The notes under the pieces were generated by a model, which worked only from the letters and a program-made list of their open reading frames with translations, searched no databases and was not told the DNA's origin. A program made the translations under genes and the position numbers. 64,000 bases of DNA from Terriglobia bacterium (GTDB lineage: Bacteria > Acidobacteriota > Terriglobia > 20CM-2-55-15): the NCBI GenBank assembly GCA_963664115.2, contig CAXWPJ010000009.1:800001-864000 (forward strand), given 5' to 3'. This document shows positions 19,534 through 28,581 of the stretch, piece by piece. Each line of letters opens with the position of its first letter. Position 1 is the first letter of the stretch.

Positions 19534-20709
19534 GTGCAGGAAGATCAGGGATCCCAAGGTTCGCTCGCTCTTCCGCTGACAGTCCTGTCGGAAGATGAGA
19601 CCTTGTTCCGCGATTCTTGCCGATCCTTTGCCGAGGATCGCATCCGCCCACTCGTATCGCGAATGGATAGGGAGGGGCAACTCGACCGAGAGGTGATATC
19701 GGAATTGTTCGAACTCGGGCTGATGGGCATCCAGATCGGCGAAACACATGGCGGGCCCGGAGGCTCGTTTTTCATGTCCATCCTGGGCGTCGAAGAAATT
19801 TCACGGGTCGATGCGTCGTTCGGTGTGTTCATCGATGTCCAGAATACGCTCGTTAACAATGCAATCATGCGCTGGGGTACTGACGCGCAGCAGAACGAAT
19901 ATTTGCCGCGCCTGGTCAAAAACGTTGTCGGTGCGTACGCGTTGTCGGAGGGGGAATCGGGAAGCGATGCTTTCGCGCTTCAGTGCCGGGCCAAGGAAGA
20001 CGGCGACCAGTACGTTCTCACGGGCCGGAAGCTCTGGATAACGAACGCCTCTGAGGCGGAGCTGTTTATCGTCTTTGCGACGGTCAATCCCGAACTCGGA
20101 TATAAAGGCATTACCGCTTTCCTTGTAGATAAAGACCGACCCGGTTTCGCAATCGGCGGTAAAGAGGACAAGTTGGGAATTCGGGCTTCCAGCACATGTG
20201 AACTTTTCCTCGATGAATGCCGCATCCCGAAGTCCGCCGTACTGGGAATCGTGGGCGAAGGATACAAGATCGCGATCGAAACTCTGAACGAAGGCCGGAT
20301 CGGCATCGGCGCCCAAATGGTCGGTATTTCACAAGGCAGTTGGGATTGCGGCACAGCCTATGCCAAGGGACGCAAAGCCTTCGGAAAACCTATTACGGAA
20401 TTCCAGGCGGTTCAATTCCAACTTGCGGAAGCGGCGACGCGGATTGAAGCGGCCCGGCTAATGGTGTACAACGCGGCGCGGCTGAAAGATTACGGAAAGG
20501 ATTTTCTGACCGAAGCGGCGATGGCAAAGTATTTCGCATCCGAGGTCGCCGAAGACGTAACATCCCTAATCGTGGAAATCTACGGTGGCTACGGATATAC
20601 GAAGGACTATCCGGCGGAGAAATACTTTCGCGACTCAAAAATCGGAAAGATCTACGAAGGCACCTCAAATATGCAGTTGCAGACTATAGCTAAGCGTCTG
20701 TTGCGCTGA
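19534..20709 (+). CDS. Acyl-CoA dehydrogenase (short/branched-chain type)
   Basis: GTG start after AAGGGGA; ALSEGESGSDA, GRKLWITN, KLGIRASST, GGYGY, KIYEGTSNMQ. Confidence 0.92.
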   Translation: MQEDQGSQGSLALPLTVLSEDETLFRDSCRSFAEDRIRPLVSRMDREGQLDREVISELFELGLMGIQIGETHGGPGGSFFMSILGVEEISRVDASFGVFIDVQNTLVNNAIMRWGTDAQQNEYLPRLVKNVVGAYALSEGESGSDAFALQCRAKEDGDQYVLTGRKLWITNASEAELFIVFATVNPELGYKGITAFLVDKDRPGFAIGGKEDKLGIRASSTCELFLDECRIPKSAVLGIVGEGYKIAIETLNEGRIGIGAQMVGISQGSWDCGTAYAKGRKAFGKPITEFQAVQFQLAEAATRIEAARLMVYNAARLKDYGKDFLTEAAMAKYFASEVAEDVTSLIVEIYGGYGYTKDYPAEKYFRDSKIGKIYEGTSNMQLQTIAKRLLR

Positions 20710-20719
20710 CGGTCGACAA

Positions 20720-21688
20720 ATGAGTCAAACGGTACGCGTCCTACATCACGACAATTGCTTCGACGGCGTGGCCTCATCGGCCGTGTTTTCGAGTTTCTAC
20801 CGCCTTGCAGTCGATGCCGACGCGACGTTTGAATACGAAGGGCTGTCCCACGGTCCTGGAGCCTATCTCCTGGGCGACAAACTCGGAGCTGGGATCAACG
20901 CCATCCTTGATTTCAAGTACAGCGCATCGGATAGGCTGACGTGGTGGTTCGACCACCACCAAAGTGCCTTCCTCTCCCCGGAAGATGAAAGTCATTTTCG
21001 CAACGACCGGAGCGGTCGCAAGTTCCACGATCCGAACTACAAATCCTGCACGAAGTTTATTCGTTATATCAGCGAGACGATTTTCAGCACTTCACTGGAT
21101 CACCTGGACGATTTGATTTACTGGGCCGACATAATCGACGGTGCACAGTTCAAGGATGCCCAATCGGCCGTCGAATTGAAGGAGCCCGCGCTCAGGTTGA
21201 TGATGGTCATCGAATCGATTCGAGATCCGAAGCTAATCCGCGATATCATCGGCAGACTCCAAACACAAACACTGGCAGAAGTGGCGGCCCAGCCCTCCGT
21301 GAAGGGGCATTTCGATCGCCTGTATGAGAGCCATCTCGAGTCCATCGTGGTATTGAGGAAGGCCATGACCTCGACAGCGGGTGTCGTGGAATTTGACATC
21401 AGCGAATCCTCAGTTACGGGTCACAACAAGTTCATTCCGTATCATGAGTTTCCCGATTCGATGTACACCGTTGGCGTGAGTCTGGAACCATCCCGCGCGA
21501 AAGTTTCGGTCGGAACGAACCCATGGGCGAAATCTCCACTACGTCACAACGTGGCTCGGATCTGCGAACGCTATGGAGGCGGAGGCCACGCGGTGGTCGC
21601 TGCCATCTCGTTCGAGCCAGACAAGATAGACGAAGCCCGCCAGGCGGCTCGAGAAATCGCAGAAACCTTGCGACATGACCCTGAATAG
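20720..21688 (+). CDS. DHH-family phosphoesterase (NrnB-like)
   Basis: HDNCFDG, FDHHQS, GGGGHAVVA. Confidence 0.8.
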   Translation: MSQTVRVLHHDNCFDGVASSAVFSSFYRLAVDADATFEYEGLSHGPGAYLLGDKLGAGINAILDFKYSASDRLTWWFDHHQSAFLSPEDESHFRNDRSGRKFHDPNYKSCTKFIRYISETIFSTSLDHLDDLIYWADIIDGAQFKDAQSAVELKEPALRLMMVIESIRDPKLIRDIIGRLQTQTLAEVAAQPSVKGHFDRLYESHLESIVVLRKAMTSTAGVVEFDISESSVTGHNKFIPYHEFPDSMYTVGVSLEPSRAKVSVGTNPWAKSPLRHNVARICERYGGGGHAVVAAISFEPDKIDEARQAAREIAETLRHDPE

Positions 21689-22895
21689 CCCGAACGAGCC
21701 TCGCACGACGACGCCTTCTCTGCCACCCTACGGTTTTCCGGCGTCCGAAGCGCCAATCCATCCCGACCTGCTGTTCATTACCGATGTCCGAAGGCGCGCG
21801 ATTCCCTTCACCTACGCCCTCCTGGCCACCAATATTGTGATGTATCTGTTGATGGAGCTGTCGGGCGGCAGCATGAACGAAGCGACGCTCATGGCCTTTG
21901 GAGTGAAGTCCAATGCCGCTATCGATCAGGGAGAGGTCTGGCGCCTCATCACCCCGGTCTTCATCCATATCGGTGTCCTGCACCTGGTCTTGAACTCCTA
22001 TGCGTTATGGATTGTGGGGCAGCAGGTGGAGCGGCTCTATGGCAGTGCCCGTTTTATAACCCTGTACGTCCTGATGGGAATCTCAGGAGTGACCGGCAGT
22101 TACCTGTTTTCTCCCAACGCACTCTCCGCAGGGGCATCGGGTGCTATTTTCGGTCTATTCGGCGTGCTGTTGGTCTTCGGTATACGTCATCGCCGCAGGG
22201 TGCCTCAGTTCCTCAGCCGCGCGATCCGCGTCGGCATTCTTCCGGTTATCGGGATCAATCTGGTCATTGGCTTCCTCATCCCTGTCATCGATAACGCAGC
22301 CCATATCGGCGGGCTGCTCTCAGGAATGGCGCTGGCAGCGGTGGTCGGTTTTGAGGCCCCAGGAAGCCGAACGCCGGGCGTTTTTCAAATGGCCCGCCTC
22401 GTTGCGATTGCATCTGTTTTGCTGAGTTTTTACCTGGTCGGTGCCCGCTACGACGGGCCCGAGCTGCGAATGTCCAACCTCGCCCGCTCCTGGAACCCGC
22501 TGCTCGGGAGACAAACCACAACAGAACAGTTTATCCAGGCGGTGAATGCGGCCCAGCGAAGCTTTGGAGCAGCGCGGAGAGCGATTCGGGATGGAAATGC
22601 CGTCGCAGACAATGAAACTTTGTCATCCACGCTGGGCAACTCCATCGACCTCTTGCGGGACGTGCCCTCGTTGTCGGCTGCGTCGGATCAGCTTGTTGAA
22701 GAATTGGAAGACACAATGGAACAGTTATATGTACTCATCGAGGATATCGGGAGAAGTGGTCGCCTGAGAACCGATCACACACGCAGTCTGGAAGCAAATC
22801 TGTCCCGCTACCAAACAGTTTTCCGAAACCTGATGGACTGGATCGACACTGACGGTGAGAACTACGGCCTCCAGCGCAGCGATCGGGATGACTGA
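21675..22895 (+). CDS. Rhomboid intramembrane serine protease with C-terminal soluble domain
   Basis: WRLITPVFIH, HLVLN, GASG catalytic Ser, AHIGGLLSG catalytic His. Confidence 0.9.
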   Translation: MTLNSPNEPRTTTPSLPPYGFPASEAPIHPDLLFITDVRRRAIPFTYALLATNIVMYLLMELSGGSMNEATLMAFGVKSNAAIDQGEVWRLITPVFIHIGVLHLVLNSYALWIVGQQVERLYGSARFITLYVLMGISGVTGSYLFSPNALSAGASGAIFGLFGVLLVFGIRHRRRVPQFLSRAIRVGILPVIGINLVIGFLIPVIDNAAHIGGLLSGMALAAVVGFEAPGSRTPGVFQMARLVAIASVLLSFYLVGARYDGPELRMSNLARSWNPLLGRQTTTEQFIQAVNAAQRSFGAARRAIRDGNAVADNETLSSTLGNSIDLLRDVPSLSAASDQLVEELEDTMEQLYVLIEDIGRSGRLRTDHTRSLEANLSRYQTVFRNLMDWIDTDGENYGLQRSDRDD

Positions 22896-23021
22896 AGATC
22901 TAAGGGACTGGTGCCTCCTTTGCGCTAGAATGAAGTATTCGTCCCGAAGCCGTATGCGGTTGCGTCGTCCCGGCTTCCTGCTGCATACTGCGAATTGCCA
23001 CCCTTTAAGCTGCTTGAACCA

Positions 23022-25370
23022 ATGACCTCTGAAATTACCCGCAGGATCAACCAGGAAGTCGGCATTTCTCTCCCGCGCATCGAAGCAACGATTCGCCTGA
23101 TCGGTGAGGGCGGCACGATCCCGTTCATCGCCCGCTACCGCAAGGAAGCAACCGGCAATCTGGACGAAGTCAAGATCCGCGAAATCGCCGATCGCTACAT
23201 CTACTACGGCGAGTTGGAAGAAAGACGCGAGACCATCCTGTCGACGATCTCGGATCTGGGCAAACTGACGGAGCAATTGCGCGAGAACATTGTCAATTGC
23301 TACTCGAAGAACGAACTGGAGGATCTCTACCTTCCCTACCGGCCCAAGCGGAAATCCAAGGCAAGCGTCGCAAGGCAGAAAGGCCTCGAACCACTCGCAG
23401 ACTGCGTTGAACAACAGGATGGTGAAGCCACACCCGAAGAGCGTGCCCTTGAATTCCTGAGTTTCGAGCGGAGGGTTCCGACCGTGGCTGCTGCCATCGA
23501 AGGCGCTCTTCATATCGTCGCCGACCGTGTATCCGAGAATACGGATTATCGGAAGTGGCTGCGGGAATCGATGTTCAAGGACGGTACGGTGCAGGCCAGG
23601 GTAAACAAGGCGAAGAAAGAGGAGAAGACCAAGTATTCGATGTACTACGAGTATGATGAGCCGGTCGCTCGTATACCCTCCCATCGAATGCTTGCAGTCC
23701 GCCGGGCGGCCCGTGAAAAGGTGCTGACATTTTCGATTCAGGTCGACCATGAAAAGGCAATTTCGGAATTGAAATCCCGATTCACGATCAAACCGGATTC
23801 GTCCTACGGGACAATGATGGAAAGGGCAATCGAGGACGGGTACCACCGGCTGATGGAATCTTCGATCCAGAACGAAGTCCGCCGGGACTTGCGCGAACGG
23901 GCCGAAAATGAAGCCATCAAGGTCTTCGAAGAGAACCTCCAGTCTCTACTTCTCGCCCCACCGGCGGGACAGATCGGAGTGGTGGGTATCGATCCCGGAT
24001 TGCGCACCGGATCCAAGATGGCGGTTGTGGACCTGACGGGAAAGTTCGTGGAGCATCAGACCATTTTCGTTGCTGAACCGAAGAAAGATCTTGAAGGAGC
24101 GGAGAAAATTCTTGTCGATGTGATCGCCAAGCACAAGGTACGCGGACTGGTCATCGGAAACGGCACAGGATCGAGGGAAACCCAGGCTTTTGTCCGTACG
24201 ATAGTCGAGAAACACGCACTGGACGTGTTCACGGTCGTCACCAACGAGGCCGGTGCTTCAGTTTATTCCGCCTCCAAAGAGGCGAGACGGGAATTCCCAA
24301 AGCTGGATGTGACGATACGGGGTGCAATATCCATCGCAAGACGGTTGCAGGACCCGCTTGCTGAACTGGTCAAAATCGATCCGAAATCTATCGGAGTCGG
24401 TCAGTATCAGCATGACGTCGACCAGAAAAAACTCAGATTCAGCCTGGGCGCATCTGTGGAATCCGCAGTCAATCGCGTCGGGGTCGATCTGAACACTGCG
24501 TCCGTGGACCTGCTGAAGTACATCTCCGGGATATCCGAGCGACTGGCTCTAACGATCGTTCAATACCGGGACGCACACGGTGCGTTTGCGAGTCGTGAGC
24601 AACTTCGTGAAATCGATGGTCTGGGAGATAAAACGTTCGAGCAGGCAGCCGGGTTTCTTAGAATCAAGAATGCAGCCAATCCTCTGGATGGAACCGCGGT
24701 CCATCCCGAGTCCTACCCCGTTGTGGCAAAGATGGCCGAATCCGTTGGACTGACGGTGAGCGATATTGTGAAAAATCCCGACAGGATCAACACGATCGAA
24801 TTTTCAAACTTCGAAAAGGAAACCGGCCGGTTGACACTCAACGATATTCGAACGGAATTGCTCAAGCCTGCGCAAGATCCCCGGAAAGCGTTTGCGGTCC
24901 CCAAATACCGGGATGACGTCCGGGAGATTGGCGATCTCAAGGAAGGGATGGATTTGGAAGGCACCGTGACGAACGTCACAGACTTTGGCGCGTTCGTCGA
25001 TCTCGGCGTCCATCAGGACGGGCTGATCCACATCTCTGAACTATCTCATCAATACATTTCAGATGCACGCCGCAGTGTCCATGTGGGTGAAGTCATGAAA
25101 GTAAAGGTGCTCAAGGTGGACGCCGCACTGAAGCGAATCAGCCTGTCGCTGAAGGCGACCTTGCCCAAACCGGAACCTCGACCGAGACCGAAACCTCGAC
25201 CGAGACCGAAACCAGTGCAGGGGCGGGGTAAGACTGGAGACAGGAAACCCAGGACCCGAGAAGCCGCCGTAGCAACCAAGAAACGGACAAAACCGCCGCC
25301 ACCACCCGAACTGTCGATGGAAGAAAAAATACGGCAGCTCCAGGAAAAATTCAAAGGCTCCAATCGGTAA
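23022..25370 (+). CDS. tex: Tex-family transcription accessory protein (YqgF-like, HhH and S1 domains)
   Basis: TIPFIARYRKEATG, IDPGLRTG, AISIARRLQDPLAELVKIDPKSIGVGQYQHD, S1 domain FGAFVDLG. Confidence 0.95.
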   Translation: MTSEITRRINQEVGISLPRIEATIRLIGEGGTIPFIARYRKEATGNLDEVKIREIADRYIYYGELEERRETILSTISDLGKLTEQLRENIVNCYSKNELEDLYLPYRPKRKSKASVARQKGLEPLADCVEQQDGEATPEERALEFLSFERRVPTVAAAIEGALHIVADRVSENTDYRKWLRESMFKDGTVQARVNKAKKEEKTKYSMYYEYDEPVARIPSHRMLAVRRAAREKVLTFSIQVDHEKAISELKSRFTIKPDSSYGTMMERAIEDGYHRLMESSIQNEVRRDLRERAENEAIKVFEENLQSLLLAPPAGQIGVVGIDPGLRTGSKMAVVDLTGKFVEHQTIFVAEPKKDLEGAEKILVDVIAKHKVRGLVIGNGTGSRETQAFVRTIVEKHALDVFTVVTNEAGASVYSASKEARREFPKLDVTIRGAISIARRLQDPLAELVKIDPKSIGVGQYQHDVDQKKLRFSLGASVESAVNRVGVDLNTASVDLLKYISGISERLALTIVQYRDAHGAFASREQLREIDGLGDKTFEQAAGFLRIKNAANPLDGTAVHPESYPVVAKMAESVGLTVSDIVKNPDRINTIEFSNFEKETGRLTLNDIRTELLKPAQDPRKAFAVPKYRDDVREIGDLKEGMDLEGTVTNVTDFGAFVDLGVHQDGLIHISELSHQYISDARRSVHVGEVMKVKVLKVDAALKRISLSLKATLPKPEPRPRPKPRPRPKPVQGRGKTGDRKPRTREAAVATKKRTKPPPPPELSMEEKIRQLQEKFKGSNR

Positions 25371-25431
25371 ATTCCTCCACGATCCCGGAGTACCTGCCAA
25401 TCCCTCTCTCTATCTGCTAGCTTGGAACCAT

Positions 25432-26652
25432 ATGAATTTCCGCGAAGCGGTAAGTATCGCGATGGAATCGCTACAGGTGAATCGACTCCGTTCGGCTCTG
25501 ACATTGCTGGGCATCGTGATCGGCGTGATGACGGTCATCGTCGTGATTTCCTTTATCTCCGGTTTGAACAGCTTCGTAGCCGACGAGGTCTTCGACCTGG
25601 GCGGGGACGTCTTCATCATCAACCGCACACCAAACATCGTCATCGATCCGGACGAATGGAATACGATTCGCCAGCGCAAGAACCTCTTGCTGGTTGATGC
25701 CAACGCGGTGCGGGAATATTGTACAGATTGCCTGGCGGTCGGCGCGCGGCTTGCCTCAACGGCCCAGGTCAAATACGGCCGGGAGTTCTTACTCACAACA
25801 CAAGTGAGGGGGATCACCCCTGAAGTTCCGGAGATTCTTGCCGAGAACCTTGAGGCTGGCCGCACCATCACCGACTACGATGTGCGCCACAGCGTTCGTA
25901 TCACGGTCGTGGGCGCTGACGTGGTCGATAACCTGTTTCCGTTTGTGGATCCGATTGGCAAGACCTTGCTGGTCAACAACCGGGAGTTTGAGATTGTCGG
26001 AGTGGGGGAACGCGAGGGGTCTCTGATGGGACAGTCGCGAGATAACTGGGTCGCCATTCCGATCACTTCTTTCCAGCGTATGTGGGGGGCTCGACGATCA
26101 GTCCGAATCTACGCTAAAGCAAACGGTGAAGAGCGCATCGAATCCGCGGCAGATCAGGCACGGATGATCCTCAGGGTCAGGCGGCACGTCGACTTCGCCG
26201 ACGATGATGATTTCGCGATCTCCACGAACGAAACGTTTCTGCAAATCTGGGCGAACATCAGCCGGACTTTCTTTGCTGTAACGGTCGCCATAGCTTCGAT
26301 ATCCCTGGTGGTCGGTGGCATCGTTGTGATGAACATCATGCTGGCCTCGGTCACCGAACGGACCCGGGAGATTGGGATACGAAAAGCGACGGGAGCACGG
26401 CGGGCGGATATTCTCCACCAATTCCTGATCGAATCGGCAACGCTGGCTTTGGTCGGTGGAGTCGTCGGGGTCGTCTTGGCCATTGCCATAGCAACCGGTG
26501 TTTCTGCCCTGACCGGACTGCCGTCCGCTATCGAATGGTGGACCATCTTGCTTGGAATTGTCGTCTCGACCAGTGTGGGACTCTTTTTCGGAATCTGGCC
26601 GGCCATGAAGGCCGCGCGACTGGATCCGATTGCGGCGCTGCGGGGTGAATGA
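25432..26652 (+). CDS. MacB/FtsX-family ABC permease
   Basis: RSALTLLGIVIGV, VGGIVVMNIMLASVTERTREIGIRKATGA, PAMKAARLDPIAALR. Confidence 0.93.
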   Translation: MNFREAVSIAMESLQVNRLRSALTLLGIVIGVMTVIVVISFISGLNSFVADEVFDLGGDVFIINRTPNIVIDPDEWNTIRQRKNLLLVDANAVREYCTDCLAVGARLASTAQVKYGREFLLTTQVRGITPEVPEILAENLEAGRTITDYDVRHSVRITVVGADVVDNLFPFVDPIGKTLLVNNREFEIVGVGEREGSLMGQSRDNWVAIPITSFQRMWGARRSVRIYAKANGEERIESAADQARMILRVRRHVDFADDDDFAISTNETFLQIWANISRTFFAVTVAIASISLVVGGIVVMNIMLASVTERTREIGIRKATGARRADILHQFLIESATLALVGGVVGVVLAIAIATGVSALTGLPSAIEWWTILLGIVVSTSVGLFFGIWPAMKAARLDPIAALRGE

Positions 26653-27892
26653 CATCTTCGGAATGGCACTCAACTCGATTCGGGTAAACGCCGTCCGTTC
26701 GGTCCTGACGGTGTTAGGAGTCGTCATCGGAGTGACCACCGTTATTGGGATGTCATCTGTAATCAGCGGCCTCAATACCAGCGTGATGTCGCAGATCGAA
26801 TCTCTCGGGTCCAACCTGATTTTTGTCACGCGGTTCGACCCCGGAATCGGAGGGCGCCGCTCCGCAGAGGAGAGAACGCGTGAGAATCTCACCCTCGCAC
26901 ACGCAGAAGCGATTGCCCGATTGCCGTCAGTGCGCAGCGTCGCGCCGGGTCTTAGAACGACCCGGCCCAATTCTGGCAGGTCATCCTACACGCTGAGATA
27001 CGGCAACCGGACTGCCGCCAATACGATCATCGAGGGCGTAGGCCCCGACCATGAGGACGTGTTCAATCTGGACCTGAGGGCGGGACGCTGGATCAGCGAA
27101 AACGACAACCGGCGTCGTGCAAACGTTCTCGTCATGGGCTACGACGCCGCTGAAACACTGTTCGCCAATCCGGAAAGCGCGGTGGGAAGACAAATAGAGC
27201 TGGAAAGAAAGGTCTTCAGCGTCATCGGCGTCATGGAAAAAAGGTCCAGCGGTCTCAACCCGGGCGCCAACCCCGAAGACAACCTTGTAGCGCTACCGAT
27301 CAGCAGCTTTCAGAAACTTCATCCTGAAGTCGACGACTATTGGATTGCCTTGCAACCAATCAGCCGGGAAGCGATGCCGCAGGCGATCGACCAGGTGGAA
27401 GGCTTGTTGCGGCGGTTGCGGGGCGTCCGCTACAACGAGGCTAGCGACTTCGCCGTCTTTACACAGGATCTGGTTACGGATCTCTGGAATCAAATCTCAG
27501 GGGGCATCTTTGCGGTCATGCTCGCAATTTCGTCTGTGGCACTCCTGGTTGGGGGTGTCGGGGTGATGAACATCATGCTCGTCTCGGTTACGGAACGCAC
27601 CCGTGAAATCGGCATCCGTAAAGCAGTCGGTGCCACGCGAAAAAAGATCATGACCCAGTTCTTGCTTGAGGCGATGGCGTTGACTGCTCTCGGAGGCGTT
27701 CTCGGAATCCTGGCCGGGGCGGGTCTCACAGCTCTCATCCGAAACGCTGTCCCCTTCCTTCCCGCCACAATGTCACCGCTCTGGGTCGCCCTGGGATTTT
27801 CCACTTCAGTCGCCACCGGGTTAATTTTCGGCCTCTACCCCGCCTACAAAGCGGCCCGCCTGGACCCCATCGAAGCTTTACGCTACGAATAG
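26645..27892 (+). CDS. MacB/FtsX-family ABC permease
   Basis: GTG start overlapping the upstream gene end; RSVLTVLGVVIGV, VSVTERTREIGIRKAVGA, LDPIEALRYE. Confidence 0.93.
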   Translation: MNDIFGMALNSIRVNAVRSVLTVLGVVIGVTTVIGMSSVISGLNTSVMSQIESLGSNLIFVTRFDPGIGGRRSAEERTRENLTLAHAEAIARLPSVRSVAPGLRTTRPNSGRSSYTLRYGNRTAANTIIEGVGPDHEDVFNLDLRAGRWISENDNRRRANVLVMGYDAAETLFANPESAVGRQIELERKVFSVIGVMEKRSSGLNPGANPEDNLVALPISSFQKLHPEVDDYWIALQPISREAMPQAIDQVEGLLRRLRGVRYNEASDFAVFTQDLVTDLWNQISGGIFAVMLAISSVALLVGGVGVMNIMLVSVTERTREIGIRKAVGATRKKIMTQFLLEAMALTALGGVLGILAGAGLTALIRNAVPFLPATMSPLWVALGFSTSVATGLIFGLYPAYKAARLDPIEALRYE

Positions 27893-27903
27893 CCGAACAA
27901 GAA

Positions 27904-27996
27904 ACAACGCAGAGACGCAAAGAATGCAGAGGCCGCCGAGAGGACTAAAAAAATACCAAACTCTGCGTTCTGTGCGGTCTTTGCATATCCGCGTTA
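27904..27996. repeat. Intergenic palindrome built of ~9-mer units (CGCAGAG type)
   Basis: aacgcagagacgcaaagaatgcagag...ctctgcgttctgtgcggtctttgca...gcgtt. Confidence 0.55.
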
Positions 27997-28063
27997 GGTT
28001 CCTTCGGCTTGCTATCTATGGTGTCGCTTACTGACGTAGAATGGGTAAAACGAGGAGGCCGAA

Positions 28064-28414
28064 GTGGGACAACCTGAAATCGACAAGGAAGATCTGTTTA
28101 TCGAGGCCGTTGAAGCCTTTGGCGACAACAAGTTCGACGAGGCTATCGAACTCTACCAGAAAGCTTTAGCCATCGATCCAAACTACGCCGACGCTCTTCA
28201 CGGGCTGGCTCGAGCCCAATTCGACGGTGGAAAAGTAGACAACGCGATCACCACGGCGAAACGATTGACAGAAATTGACCCCGACGACCCTCTGGCCCAC
28301 ACCAGCCTGTCGATGTTTTACCAGTCGAAAGGCCTGATCGAAGACGCAGAACGCGAGGGCAACGTCGCGCGTGTACTCGGCTGGAAACAGGACCTCAAGA
28401 AGGGGAAGGAATAG
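28064..28414 (+). CDS. Small TPR protein
   Basis: GAGGAGG RBS and GTG start; TPR motifs (AIELYQKALAIDPNYADAL). Confidence 0.85.
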   Translation: MGQPEIDKEDLFIEAVEAFGDNKFDEAIELYQKALAIDPNYADALHGLARAQFDGGKVDNAITTAKRLTEIDPDDPLAHTSLSMFYQSKGLIEDAEREGNVARVLGWKQDLKKGKE

Positions 28415-28514
28415 ACCTTCTCCCGGCGAACCGCTTTCGCCTATCTCCTCTTTTTTCTTATCGATAATCCTCCTCGCCTGCCCAGATTGAGACAAGGCTG
28501 AGACAGCGCAAACG

Positions 28515-28544
28515 TTGACATTTAAAAGCAGCGCGGAATAGACT
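28515..28544 (+). promoter_or_regulatory. Putative sigma70 promoter for the cNMP-PilB gene
   Basis: TTGACA (28515-28520), 18-nt spacer, TAGACT (28539-28544). Confidence 0.5.
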
Positions 28545-28581
28545 AGGTTGGTCGAATTAGGGTCTTTAGCGACAAGCACAT

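Noticed and set aside
25174-25213. 18-bp tandem duplication in tex
   Set aside because: In frame; encodes a low-complexity Pro/Arg/Lys linker
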